Source: Pseudomonadales bacterium
Lineage (GTDB): Bacteria > Pseudomonadota > Gammaproteobacteria > Pseudomonadales > Pseudohongiellaceae
NCBI GenBank assembly: GCA_036405915.1
Contig: DASWWP010000053.1
Location: 26,343 to 90,342, forward strand
Reading direction: 5' to 3'
Length of the DNA: 64,000 nt
The position numbers were made by a program, and so were the translations under genes. This document shows positions 20,272-29,647 of this stretch, one piece after another. The notes beneath the pieces were generated by a model. The model ran no database searches and was not told the DNA's origin. It saw only the letters and a list, made by a program, of their open reading frames with translations. How positions within the stretch are numbered: the stretch's first letter is position 1; every line of letters starts with the position of its first letter.

Positions 20272-20985
20272 ATGGGTGGGATCGTCGGCTATGTGGGTAA
20301 CCGCGAGGCGCGGCAAATTCTCGTCGATTGCCTCGGCCGCCTCGAGAATAGCGACTACGATTCCGCCGGCATGGGCACCGTCGCCGCCGGCAAGCTGAAA
20401 ACGTTGCGCAGCCTCGGCAACACCCTCGCAAGCCAGGCCGGCAACCCGCCGCACCTCGCCAACCTGAAAGCCACGCTGAAGCGCTCACCGCTGAGCGGCA
20501 AGGTAGGCGTTGCGCATGCCTATCGCTCGGCCCGTGGCCAGGTCTACAACGCACATTCGCAGACCGACGGCGCCTTCATCGCCATCGTGCACGACGGCGG
20601 CAGCGACAACGAACGCGCCGTCGCACGCCTGCTCGAGCGCGATGGCAGCGTCGAAGCCATGCTGCCGGACACCGTGAAGGAACTGAGCGGCGATTTCGCG
20701 CTCGTCGGCGTCAGCAAGCATGAACCTGATCGCATCGTCGCGGCACGCCGCGGCGGCAAACCGCTCGTGATCGGCCACCATTACGACGGCTACTTCGTCA
20801 GCTCCGACCTGCCCGCGATCAGCCATTACGCGCGCGCCTGGCAGGTGCTCGAAGACGGCGAAATGGCCGTGATTTCGTACGGCGGCGTGAAGATCTGCAA
20901 GTTCGATGGCACGCAAGTCGAGCGTCCGCTGACGCAATGCCAGGACGAAGCACCGGCCATGATGGCCAGGAGCGCCGTCGGGTGA
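20272..20985 (+). CDS. Stand-alone GlmS-type class II glutamine amidotransferase domain with degenerate catalytic residues (predicted pseudoenzyme)
   Basis: ORF 20167..20985. MGGIVGYVGNREARQILVDCLGRLENSDYDSAGMG parallels GlmS MCGIVGAIA...RLEYRGYDSAG, but Cys1 is Gly. No SIS domains follow. Start chosen at ATG 20272 (GGGGA 8 nt upstream); ATG 20263 is possible. Confidence 0.7.
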   Translation: MGGIVGYVGNREARQILVDCLGRLENSDYDSAGMGTVAAGKLKTLRSLGNTLASQAGNPPHLANLKATLKRSPLSGKVGVAHAYRSARGQVYNAHSQTDGAFIAIVHDGGSDNERAVARLLERDGSVEAMLPDTVKELSGDFALVGVSKHEPDRIVAARRGGKPLVIGHHYDGYFVSSDLPAISHYARAWQVLEDGEMAVISYGGVKICKFDGTQVERPLTQCQDEAPAMMARSAVG

Positions 20986-21237
20986 ACCACATCGCCGCCA
21001 CTGGCAGCGTCGCACGGCAACGACCGCACCTGTGTGTGCCGCCCGTCCTGTTCCGCGAGCAGGAACCGTGCGGCTGGCACGTGCCGTGTACGCGTAACAA
21101 CTGCAAACGCTCCGTGTACGACCAGCTCGCGAACGAGGGTTACGGCGTAGGCATATCAATTAAAACCGAACCGGCCACCGGCCTGTTCATCCTGTCCGTC
21201 AACTCGCTGCGCAGAAGCGTAGCTGTGGAGGTTAATT

Positions 21238-22422
21238 GTGCAAACGTCGTTCCGGCCTGAGCCAAGGAAGTTCAGGGTTGGTAACAAAGTATTCCGGGTG
21301 GCACCGCTCGCGGCCGCCGTCGTCGGCGTGCTCGCGATAAGCGACACCGCCGAGGCTCGCGTCGTGTGGTCCATTGCGCCGTCGCTGACGGTTGCCGCGG
21401 TACATGACGACAACATTTTCCTGACGACGGAACCCGCCGTCGAAGACGACATCGTGCGCTATACCCCCGGCATCGCGATCGACTACACGGCCGACGCGCT
21501 GAACGTCGTCGCCCAGTACAGCCAGGACGCCGAGTATTACCGCGACAACGACCAGCTGGATTCGTCGTCGATTCGCCGCAACGGCGTGTTCCTGATGACC
21601 TACCAGGCAAGCGAACGCATGACCTGGGGCCTCAATGCCTCCTACTTCAAGACCCCGACGCCCGGCGAACTGAACCTCGGCGATGGCCTCATTCAACTCG
21701 GCCGCACGCCGACGACGCGCCAGAGCGCCGGTGCGACGCTCGACTACGCCTTCACGCCGACGCTCGACGGCGCCTTCGCATACACGGCGATCCGCGACGA
21801 AACGCAGCTCGGCATCGGCGGCGACACGCACGAAGCTCGCAGCGAATTCCAGAAGGACCTGTCCGCGCGCGACTCCTTGCTGTTTGGATACACGTACCGC
21901 CAGTTCCGTTTCAACAATGCCAGCGAGCAGGACTCGCACACCGGCATGCTCGGCTGGGAGCATCTGTTCTCGCCGCGTACGACTTTCCGCATCATGGCGG
22001 GCCCGCGCTTTTTCGGCGACGACGTCGAACCGAACATCGAAAGCTCGCTGAGCCACGAGTTCGCCACGGGCGAATTCACGCTCGTCTACAACCGCGGCGA
22101 AGTGCTGCTGGCCGGCTCGTCGACGCGCGTCGAAAGCGAACTGGCGAGCTTCGTGTACACGCAGCGCATCGGCAACCGCTTCACGTTCAGCATCGCGCCT
22201 GCCTTCGGCGAAACCAGCAGTCCGCTGGGTTCCAAAGTGCAGGTGCGCCAGATCGGCGCCGACGCGCGCTACTCCTTCAACGATTACATCTCGGTCAGTG
22301 CCAACTGGCTGGGCAGTCGCCAGGAAGAAAACATAGTCGGCGGATTTGAACGCAAGATACCGCGCGACATAGCAACCGTAGCCCTCAACTTTACATATCC
22401 GCTACGCGGGGAGAGAGAGTGA
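21238..22422 (+). CDS. Predicted outer-membrane beta-barrel protein of the EPS locus
   Basis: GTG start. Signal peptide ending AEA. Alternating-hydrophobic strand pattern rich in Y/F/N/G/D. Positioned directly upstream of the Wza-like gene, as the barrel gene is in XrtA-type EPS loci (recollection). Confidence 0.65.
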   Translation: MQTSFRPEPRKFRVGNKVFRVAPLAAAVVGVLAISDTAEARVVWSIAPSLTVAAVHDDNIFLTTEPAVEDDIVRYTPGIAIDYTADALNVVAQYSQDAEYYRDNDQLDSSSIRRNGVFLMTYQASERMTWGLNASYFKTPTPGELNLGDGLIQLGRTPTTRQSAGATLDYAFTPTLDGAFAYTAIRDETQLGIGGDTHEARSEFQKDLSARDSLLFGYTYRQFRFNNASEQDSHTGMLGWEHLFSPRTTFRIMAGPRFFGDDVEPNIESSLSHEFATGEFTLVYNRGEVLLAGSSTRVESELASFVYTQRIGNRFTFSIAPAFGETSSPLGSKVQVRQIGADARYSFNDYISVSANWLGSRQEENIVGGFERKIPRDIATVALNFTYPLRGERE

Positions 22423-22427
22423 TCGAC

Positions 22428-23042
22428 ATGCAAACGAAAACGAACCGCGCCACTTCGCGCCTGATGATGATCGTCGCATTCGTACTGACGTTCATCGCCG
22501 GCTGCAGCTCGACGAGCGACGCCCCGGGCCAGGTAATCCAGCCCCAGCGCCTGATGGAATACATCATCGGCCCATCCGACGTGCTGTCGATCAGCGTCCT
22601 GAACCAGGACAACCTCGACCGCACCGTCACCGTGCGCCCGGACGGCATGATTTCGTTTCCGCTGATCGAGGAGGTGAATGCCGCAGGCCTCACGCCCGCG
22701 CAACTCGAGGAACTGATGGCCGCTTCGCTGTCGGAATACGTGGAAATCCTGCCCGGGGAATTGAGCGTAACCGTCGACGAAGTGCACAGCTATACGGTGT
22801 CCGTGCTCGGCGAGGTGCGTAATCCCGGCCGCTTCGAGTTCACGAACAGCGCCACGGTTCTCGACGCGCTCGCACTCGCCGGCGGCCTCACCGAGTTCGC
22901 ATCGGCCGACGACATCATGATCCTGCGCAACCAGCCCGACGGCATCCGCCGCATCCGCTTCAACTACAAGGAGCTGATGAAGGACCCCGACGGCAGCGTG
23001 GAACTCGGCGTGTATCCGGGCGATACCGTCCTCGTCCCGTAA
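22428..23042 (+). CDS. Polysaccharide export lipoprotein (Wza-like, Poly_export + SLBB)
   Basis: Lipobox LTFIAGC. ISFPLIEEVNAAGLTPAQLEE, VSVLGEVRNPGRFEF, VLDALALAGGL, GDTVLVP. Confidence 0.85.
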   Translation: MQTKTNRATSRLMMIVAFVLTFIAGCSSTSDAPGQVIQPQRLMEYIIGPSDVLSISVLNQDNLDRTVTVRPDGMISFPLIEEVNAAGLTPAQLEELMAASLSEYVEILPGELSVTVDEVHSYTVSVLGEVRNPGRFEFTNSATVLDALALAGGLTEFASADDIMILRNQPDGIRRIRFNYKELMKDPDGSVELGVYPGDTVLVP

Positions 23043-23089
23043 CCCAATCAAGCCAGCAACCAAGCCAGGAGCACAACAGGAAGAAGCCC

Positions 23090-24667
23090 ATGATTCCCGA
23101 TCACTACAACCGCATTCCGCTGAACGAACAGCTCGCCGGCATCTGGCAGCGCCGCAAATGGCTGTTCCTGATCGCCTTCTTCCTGGTGTTCCCGGCCGGC
23201 GTCGCGCTCGTGCTGTCGCTCCCGCCGCTGTATCGCGCGCAGACGACGCTGCTCGTCGGCCAGGGTGACATCGCGAACGGTGTCGTCCCCAACGGGGTTA
23301 CTGAAAGCGTCGCAGCGCGCCTCGACGTGATCCGCAAGGAAATCACGAGCCGTTCGAGCCTGCAGGAGCTGATCGAGCGCTTCGATCTCTACCCGCAATA
23401 CCGCGGCCAGCCGGTGGGCTTCGTCGTCGACCGCCTGCGCAAGGATATCGGCATCCGCCAGGAAGCCGTGGCCACGCAGGCCTGGAACGAAGAACCGACG
23501 ATCACGCTGACGCTCAGCTACCAGAGCCCGAACCCCGCCCTTGCGGCCGAGGTCGCGAACGAACTCGCCGCGATGTATGGCCAGCAGAACGAGGAACTGT
23601 TGCAGACTCGCAGCGCGCGCACAGCCGAATTCCTCGGCCGCCAGCTCGATGAAGTGAATGCGCGCCTCGCGCAGCAGGAAAAACTGATTCGGGACTTCCG
23701 CAACGAAAACCTGCGCGAGCTGCCGGAACAGCAGAGCTTCAGCCTGCAGATGCTCGAGCAGCTGAATACCGAACTGCGCATGAACAACGAAGCACAGCTC
23801 GCGCTGATGAATCGCCGCGACGCGATCCTGACCGGCAGCGGCGCGATGGGCTTCCTGTCCAACTCCTCGCTTGCCGAAGCGGCGAACGCCACCGGACTCT
23901 CGGAACTTGAACTCCGCCGCATCGAACTGACCCAGATGCTGGGCCGTTACACCGATCGCCATCCGCAGGTACAGCGCCTGCAGCGCGAGATCGAAAGGCT
24001 CGAAGCACTGCCCGCGCCGCCGCCGCGCGGCCGCAATGCGAGCGCTGAAGACGCCGCCGCACCGGCACGTAACCGCCCCGAACTCGACGGCATCGCACGC
24101 GACCTGAGCGACCTGCAGCAGGAAGGCGACGAGATCCGCGAACGCATCCGTGAAGTACAGACGCGCATCGAGTCCTCGCCAGGCCTCACGCAGGAACTGC
24201 TGTCGTTGAACAACGACTACAACGCCATCCGCCAGCAGCAGCAGTCGCTGCAGGGCCTCTACGAAGAAGCCAGACTGAACGCCTCGATGGAACAGGAACA
24301 GGACCGCCGCTTCCAGGTGCTCGAACCGGCGATTGCGCCGATCGCTCCGGCAGCACCGAACCATTTCCGGCTGATCGTCATGGGCTTCGTCCTGTCGCTC
24401 GGCTTCGCGGGGGGGCTCGTCTTCCTGCGCGAACAGTTCGACACCTCGTTCCACACGCTGCAGGAGGTCCGCGCATACACGAAGTTGCCGGTGCTCGGCA
24501 GCATCGCGCGCATCGAAACCACGCGCGAGAAGTTCCGCCACGCGTTCCGTAACCTCGCGATCGGTGCCGGCATGGTCGCCTGCATCCTCGTGCTGATGGT
24601 CGTCGCCCGCAATGTCGGCGAGGGCGGCCAGGAACTCGTATGGATACTCGCAGGCCGTGCGATCTGA
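23090..24667 (+). CDS. Polysaccharide chain-length determinant (Wzz/GumC-like)
   Basis: N-terminal TM after RRKWLFLIAFFLVF, long coiled-coil periplasmic region, P-rich segment before the C-terminal TM (PAIAPIAPAAPNHFRLIVMGFVL). Confidence 0.8.
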   Translation: MIPDHYNRIPLNEQLAGIWQRRKWLFLIAFFLVFPAGVALVLSLPPLYRAQTTLLVGQGDIANGVVPNGVTESVAARLDVIRKEITSRSSLQELIERFDLYPQYRGQPVGFVVDRLRKDIGIRQEAVATQAWNEEPTITLTLSYQSPNPALAAEVANELAAMYGQQNEELLQTRSARTAEFLGRQLDEVNARLAQQEKLIRDFRNENLRELPEQQSFSLQMLEQLNTELRMNNEAQLALMNRRDAILTGSGAMGFLSNSSLAEAANATGLSELELRRIELTQMLGRYTDRHPQVQRLQREIERLEALPAPPPRGRNASAEDAAAPARNRPELDGIARDLSDLQQEGDEIRERIREVQTRIESSPGLTQELLSLNNDYNAIRQQQQSLQGLYEEARLNASMEQEQDRRFQVLEPAIAPIAPAAPNHFRLIVMGFVLSLGFAGGLVFLREQFDTSFHTLQEVRAYTKLPVLGSIARIETTREKFRHAFRNLAIGAGMVACILVLMVVARNVGEGGQELVWILAGRAI

Positions 24668-24707
24668 CAGGCCCGCGGCTGAATTCATCATTACAGGTAC
24701 AAGTCAC

Positions 24708-25514
24708 ATGACGATATCTCTCGCACATCCGCACCAGGCAGGCAAAGCCAGACCCATCAGCGCCGATCCGACGCAGCCGGTCAGCAGCGGGCTGCCCGCC
24801 CATCACCGTGGCGAGCAGGTCGTCGCGCTGGAAACGAAGAAGATCTATACGCAGCTGATCAGCCTGCTGAAGCCGGATATGCCCGAAGCCGAGCACTACC
24901 GCCGGCTGCGCTACTCCGTCGAGCGCCTGAAGAAGAAAGGCGAAGGCCTCGTCATCGGCCTCACGAGCCCGGTATCCGGAGACGGCAAGACGCTGACGTC
25001 GATCAACCTCGCCGGCGCGCTCGCGCAGAATCCGCAGAACCGCGTGCTGCTCGTCGAACTCGACCTGCGCCAGCCGGTGAACACGCTGCGCAACTACCTC
25101 GGCGCACCGAAGAAGCTGACGGGGCCCGGCGTCGTCGACATGGTCGTCGATCCGTCCCTCGCCTGGGAAAAAGCCACCTATTACCTGCAGGATTACAACC
25201 TGTACATCCTGCCCGCCGGCGCGCCGACGCGCTCGCCGTACGAACTGCTGACGTCCGACCGCATGGACGAAATCCTGCGTGAAGCACGCCAGCGCTACGA
25301 CTACGTCATCGTCGACACGGCGCCGATCGTGCTGATGCCCGATAGCCAGCTGGTCGCGGATTCGGTGGACGGCTTCCTCGTCGTGCTGGCCGCAGACGTG
25401 ACGCCGAAGAAGTTGCTCGAGGAGGCGCTCGCGCTGATGGATCCGAGCAAGGTGCTCGGCCTCGTGTTCAATGGTTACCGCCCTGTAGGCGAACGATACG
25501 GCGGTTATTACTGA
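24708..25514 (+). CDS. BY-kinase-type P-loop ATPase (Wzc cytoplasmic domain / EpsG-like tyrosine autokinase)
   Basis: Walker A SPVSGDGKT, A' VLLVELDLRQP, Walker B YDYVIVDTAP, Tyr-containing tail RYGGYY. Start moved to ATG 24708. Confidence 0.85.
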   Translation: MTISLAHPHQAGKARPISADPTQPVSSGLPAHHRGEQVVALETKKIYTQLISLLKPDMPEAEHYRRLRYSVERLKKKGEGLVIGLTSPVSGDGKTLTSINLAGALAQNPQNRVLLVELDLRQPVNTLRNYLGAPKKLTGPGVVDMVVDPSLAWEKATYYLQDYNLYILPAGAPTRSPYELLTSDRMDEILREARQRYDYVIVDTAPIVLMPDSQLVADSVDGFLVVLAADVTPKKLLEEALALMDPSKVLGLVFNGYRPVGERYGGYY

Positions 25515-25604
25515 TGCGCGGAATCGGGCGGCAGTGAAGGCTTCGCAAGGAGTGGATCGGAAGGACGAGTTCGGCAGTAAAAGTGCAGTGGTGAGCGTGC
25601 AGTC

Positions 25605-26768
25605 ATGAATCAGGAATACAAAGGCAGTCCAACGTTGATACTGGGCACGGGCGCATTCGCCGCGGAGCTCGCAGAGGTGATCCTGGCCCAGCCCGAGGCC
25701 GGATACGCGCTGATCGGCGTCGTGTCGGCACAAACGACCGGCGCGAGCGGCTGGTTTCATGGCGTGCCGGTACTCGGTTCCGCCGACGAGCTGAACAGCA
25801 TCGTGTCACGCACCGGCGCCGAGCGCATCATCGTTGCGCTGCCGCCGAGCAGCGGCCTGTTGCCCGACCACCAGCTGATCGAGGCGCGCATCAGCAACGA
25901 GGTCATCGTCCTCGACGGCGACGACGTCTATGAGCTGTTGACCGGGAAGCTTCGCATCGAGGCGCTCGAGCCGCGACGCATGATCTTCAATCGCGAGCTG
26001 ACGCCATCGCGTTTCGCGATGGCCGCTGCCCGCTTCGCGAGTTTCATCACGGCTGTACCGGCGCTGCTCGTGCTCGCGCCCGTGCTGCTGCTCATCGCGC
26101 TCGCGATCAAGCTTGATTCGAAGGGCTCCGTGCTGTTCGTGCAGGAGCGCGTCGGCCTCGGCGGCAAGCCATTCAAACTCCTGAAATTCCGCTCGATGCG
26201 ACCGGAGGAAAATCGCAAGTCGGAATGGGCGGGCGACAACAGCCACCGCATCACGAAGGTTGGACGCATCCTGCGCAAGTATCGACTCGACGAGCTGCCG
26301 CAGCTGATCAACGTGCTGCGTGGCGACATGAACCTCGTGGGTCCGCGCCCGCATCCCGCCAGCAATTTCAGGATGTTCGTGCTCGTATCGCGCAACACGC
26401 CGGAGTGTGGTTTCCAGATTCCGTATTACTCGCTGCGCACGATGGTGCGTCCGGGCATCACGGGCTGGGCCCAGGTGCGCTACCGCTATGCGAACAACCT
26501 GACGGAGGAAATCGAGAAGCTGCGCTTCGACCTTTACTACGTGAAGCACTACTCGATCCTGCTCGACCTGCGGATCCTCTATGAAACCCTCGCCGTCGTG
26601 TTCTTCGGTCGCGAGTTCGCGACGGATCCGGCACCGGAAGAAGCAGCGCCCGCGAAGCGCGGCGCGAAGCCACGCCTTGCGGCGGTCGCCGCGGTTCCGG
26701 CTGAGGCTGCTCCCGCGGCTTTCGAAGAGCCTGCGGTCAAGCGTGCGGTGCCTGGGGCGAAGGGCTAA
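25605..26768 (+). CDS. Initiating polyprenyl-phosphate sugar-phosphate transferase (bacterial sugar transferase family)
   Basis: KGSVLFVQERVGLGGKPFKLLKFRSM, RLDELPQLINVLRGDMNLVGPRP. N-terminal Rossmann-like LILGTGAFAAE. Ala/Pro-rich tail. Confidence 0.9.
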   Translation: MNQEYKGSPTLILGTGAFAAELAEVILAQPEAGYALIGVVSAQTTGASGWFHGVPVLGSADELNSIVSRTGAERIIVALPPSSGLLPDHQLIEARISNEVIVLDGDDVYELLTGKLRIEALEPRRMIFNRELTPSRFAMAAARFASFITAVPALLVLAPVLLLIALAIKLDSKGSVLFVQERVGLGGKPFKLLKFRSMRPEENRKSEWAGDNSHRITKVGRILRKYRLDELPQLINVLRGDMNLVGPRPHPASNFRMFVLVSRNTPECGFQIPYYSLRTMVRPGITGWAQVRYRYANNLTEEIEKLRFDLYYVKHYSILLDLRILYETLAVVFFGREFATDPAPEEAAPAKRGAKPRLAAVAAVPAEAAPAAFEEPAVKRAVPGAKG

Positions 26769-26929
26769 GGGCTAAGCACATCCAGCGTTTCTCGTGCGGG
26801 CCCTCTGCGTGTCTGGACGCCCACTCGGGTCCGCGGCTCGCGTTGCATCGGCGATAGGGCCCGCTCCTCCCCTTAAGCGACCTCGAAGATTCCGTGCGGG
26901 CGCTGCACCCGCTTCACCGATAGTCGACA

Positions 26930-27036
26930 GGGCCGGGACCGGTAGCACTTCGCATGGCCGTTGAGGACCAGGATGGCCCGAGCGACGGCACATGGACGAG
27001 CGCTCTCTCCAGGCTAAGTACTACCGGGCTCGGACC
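26930..27036. repeat. Imperfect 21-nt inverted repeat (17/21 complementary) enclosing 65 nt, inside a 492-bp non-coding gap
   Basis: GGGCCGGGACCGGTAGCACTT (26930-26950) versus AAGTACTACCGGGCTCGGACC (27016-27036). Further internal stems (GGCCGTT..GATGGCC, GAGCG..CGCTC). Confidence 0.5.
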
Positions 27037-27260
27037 ATGCGTCCCTACCAGAGTGGTCCCCCGGATACGACACCAAAGTTCTGAAAACCTGTCTTGCACG
27101 ACACATTCGCCGTACGCACTACGGCACTCCGCAAGCACAGCAGTATTTACAGCCCCGTAAAAACGGAAAAACCACACTCCGATTCCAGCTTTTGCCGGAA
27201 TGACTTCACCTCTTCACGACACTACTTTGGCACCACTTCAATTACAGGGGCAGAGCCGCA

Positions 27261-28307
27261 ATGAGAGAAGCATTTCACCAGTACGCCGTTGGCGGTCCGG
27301 CCTATATGCCGGAAGTGCTCCCGGCTGCGCGAAATCCGCGTATTGTCGTGCTGGGTGGCGGCAATGGCCTGTCGACGATGCTGCGCGGTTTGCGGCCGCT
27401 GTACTTTCCGTCGAGCATCAAGACGCCGACGATGGCCGAGCGCGAAGCGCTGACTGCGATCGTCACGGTGGCCGACGATGGCGGCAGCACCGGCCAGCTG
27501 CGCAAGGCCTACCCGATGCTCGCCCCGGGCGACATCCGTTCGTGCCTGCTCGCACTGGCGCGCAACCAGAACACGCTGCAGTCACTGTTCGACTTCCGCT
27601 TCAACGGCGACGTCGGCAGCCACAGCCTCGGCAACCTGATCCTGACCGCGCTCGCGCAGACGGAAGGCGATTTCACGCGCGCAATCGAACGTGCCAGCGA
27701 GCTGCTCGACGTCTGCGGACGCGTGTTGCCGGCGACGAGCGACAACGTCGCGCTGCAGGCGCTGTTCAGCGATGGTACCCAGCTGCGCGGCGAATCAGCG
27801 ATCACGGCAGCGCGCAAGAAGATCGAACGTGTCGAACTCGTGCCGAAGCGTGCCGCGGCGCTGCCGCAGGCGGCTTCCGCACTCGTGAACGCAGACACCA
27901 TCGTGCTCGGCCCCGGCAGCCTGTACACGAGCATCATCCCGACGCTGCTCGTGCCCGGCATCGCCGACGCGATCGCCTCGTCGAGAGCCCGCGTGATCCT
28001 CGTCATGAACCTGATGACCGAACCCGGCGAAACCGACACGTACACGCCGCTCGACTTCCTGCGCGCTCTGCGCCGGCATGCGCCGGGCGTCGTAGTCGAT
28101 TACGTGCTGCAGAACAGCGCGCCGATTCCAAGCCAGCAGCGCGCGCGTTACGACATCAGCGGCGCCACGCAAATCGTCCCGAGCTCGCAGAAATTGCCAG
28201 GCTTCGCCTGCCGCCCGGTGTTCCGTAACCTGTTCACCCACGAGCCGGGCGCGAAGATTCGTCACGATTCCGACAAGCTCGCGCGCGCTATCCTCGAACT
28301 CAGCTGA
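27261..28307 (+). CDS. YvcK / CofD-like (UPF0052, 2-phospho-L-lactate transferase superfamily) protein
   Basis: IVVLGGGNGLSTMLRGL, VTVADDGGSTGQLR, GDIRSCLLALA, GPGSLYTSIIPTLLVPG. Confidence 0.85.
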   Translation: MREAFHQYAVGGPAYMPEVLPAARNPRIVVLGGGNGLSTMLRGLRPLYFPSSIKTPTMAEREALTAIVTVADDGGSTGQLRKAYPMLAPGDIRSCLLALARNQNTLQSLFDFRFNGDVGSHSLGNLILTALAQTEGDFTRAIERASELLDVCGRVLPATSDNVALQALFSDGTQLRGESAITAARKKIERVELVPKRAAALPQAASALVNADTIVLGPGSLYTSIIPTLLVPGIADAIASSRARVILVMNLMTEPGETDTYTPLDFLRALRRHAPGVVVDYVLQNSAPIPSQQRARYDISGATQIVPSSQKLPGFACRPVFRNLFTHEPGAKIRHDSDKLARAILELS

Positions 28308-29647
28308 TGAGCGTTCCCCAGATGCAACGCGCGGCGAACGAGCAGTGGTGGCGCGTCGCACCGCCGCCGGAACGTGGCGTAGTCAGCCTGCCGATCGACA
28401 CGATGCCGGAGAGCAAGTGGCCCTTCCGCATGCTGCTGGCCTTCACGTTCGTGATGCTGCTGGCGCCGCAGCAGGCCTTCCCGATACTGGCGCCGTTTCG
28501 CATCGCGATGCTGGTCGTCTTTCTCTCGGTGATGACCTACATGTATGCGCGCCTCGTGCGCGGCGAACCCTTCCTCGAGATGAAACCCGGCATACTGCCC
28601 GCGCTGCTGATCGGCGCGTGGTCCGTGATGACGGTGCCGATGTCGTACTGGCCCGGCGGCACGGTGTCGTTCCTGCTCGGCGAATACTTCAAGACGCTTG
28701 CCGTGTTCCTGCTCGTCTCGCACGTCATCGACAGCATCGGCAAGCTGCGCACGCTGCTGCTCGGACTCGTGCTGATGGGCCTGCCGCTCGCCATCACGGT
28801 ACTCATCGACTTTGCGGCCGGCAGCTTCAACCAGGCCGGCGACCGCGTGCTGCTCGTGTACAACGCGCCGCTGACCGCGAACCCGAACGACCTCGCGCTG
28901 ATGCTCAACATCCTGCTGCCGTTCGCGATCTCGCTGTTCCTCGCATCGAAAGGCAAAACGACGCTGCGCATCGCGCTCGGCGCAGCGATCTGCATCTTCG
29001 TGACGACGATCGTGCTGACCTTCTCGCGCGCCGGCTTCCTGGCGCTGTGCGTGATCTTCATGATCTACATGTGGCGCCTGCGCAGCCGTCCGGAACGCCT
29101 GTGGATCCCATTCGCGCTGCTGCTGATGGTATTCGCCCTCCCCTTCGTACCCGACACGTATTTCGATCGCCTGTCGACGATCACGAACATCGAGGCCGAC
29201 GAATCGCTGTCTGCGCAGAACCGCTACAGCGACATGCTCGTGGCGATCAAGCTGCTCGTGCAGAACCCGCTGATCGGCGCGGGCGCCGGCATGAACCTGT
29301 ACGCGATGAACGAAGCACGCGGGGAAGCCTCGCTCGAGATCCACAACGTATACCTGCAGTACGGCGTCGACCTCGGCCTGCCAGGCCTGCTGCTGTTCCT
29401 CGCCGTCTATTTCATCTGCCTGCGCTCGACCAGCGTCGTGATGCAGAAAGCTCGTTACATGCCCGCTCCGAACACGCTGTTCTACCTGGCCGAAGGCATC
29501 CGCGTGAGCCTCTGGGCCTTTGCCGTCGAAGCGATGTTCCACCCGGCGGCATACAACTTCTATTTCTACTACATCGCCGGCCTGGCAGTGGCGTTGCGCA
29601 CTGTCTGCGACCGGGAGGCGGGGATACATGAACAGAGCAGTGCTTGA
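28307..29647 (+). CDS. O-antigen ligase/polymerase (Wzy_C) family membrane protein
   Basis: About ten TM segments, TFSRAGFLAL motif region, periplasmic loop with SAQNRY. Start ATG overlaps the yvcK-like stop (TGATG). Confidence 0.75.
   Translation: MSVPQMQRAANEQWWRVAPPPERGVVSLPIDTMPESKWPFRMLLAFTFVMLLAPQQAFPILAPFRIAMLVVFLSVMTYMYARLVRGEPFLEMKPGILPALLIGAWSVMTVPMSYWPGGTVSFLLGEYFKTLAVFLLVSHVIDSIGKLRTLLLGLVLMGLPLAITVLIDFAAGSFNQAGDRVLLVYNAPLTANPNDLALMLNILLPFAISLFLASKGKTTLRIALGAAICIFVTTIVLTFSRAGFLALCVIFMIYMWRLRSRPERLWIPFALLLMVFALPFVPDTYFDRLSTITNIEADESLSAQNRYSDMLVAIKLLVQNPLIGAGAGMNLYAMNEARGEASLEIHNVYLQYGVDLGLPGLLLFLAVYFICLRSTSVVMQKARYMPAPNTLFYLAEGIRVSLWAFAVEAMFHPAAYNFYFYYIAGLAVALRTVCDREAGIHEQSSA

Noticed and set aside
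20937-21260. Track ORF 20937..21260 (+), 107 aa, with four Cys (C-x13-C-x5-C-x4-C), between the GlmS-like gene and the OM barrel gene
   Set aside because: It overlaps the GlmS-like 3' end and the barrel gene start. It has no CxxC zinc-ribbon geometry, no SD and no family resemblance. It remains a low-probability possibility only.
26769-27260. Possible RNase P RNA, tmRNA, SRP RNA or 6S RNA in the structured gap
   Set aside because: On both strands I looked for the universal RNase P GGAAAGUCCGGGCUCC and ACAGAACCCGGCUUA blocks, the tmRNA 3' GGUUCGA..CCACCA end and the SRP GGAAGCAG motif. None is present. An 11-nt match (ACGACACATTC) to my recollection of E. coli 6S RNA is too short to mean anything.
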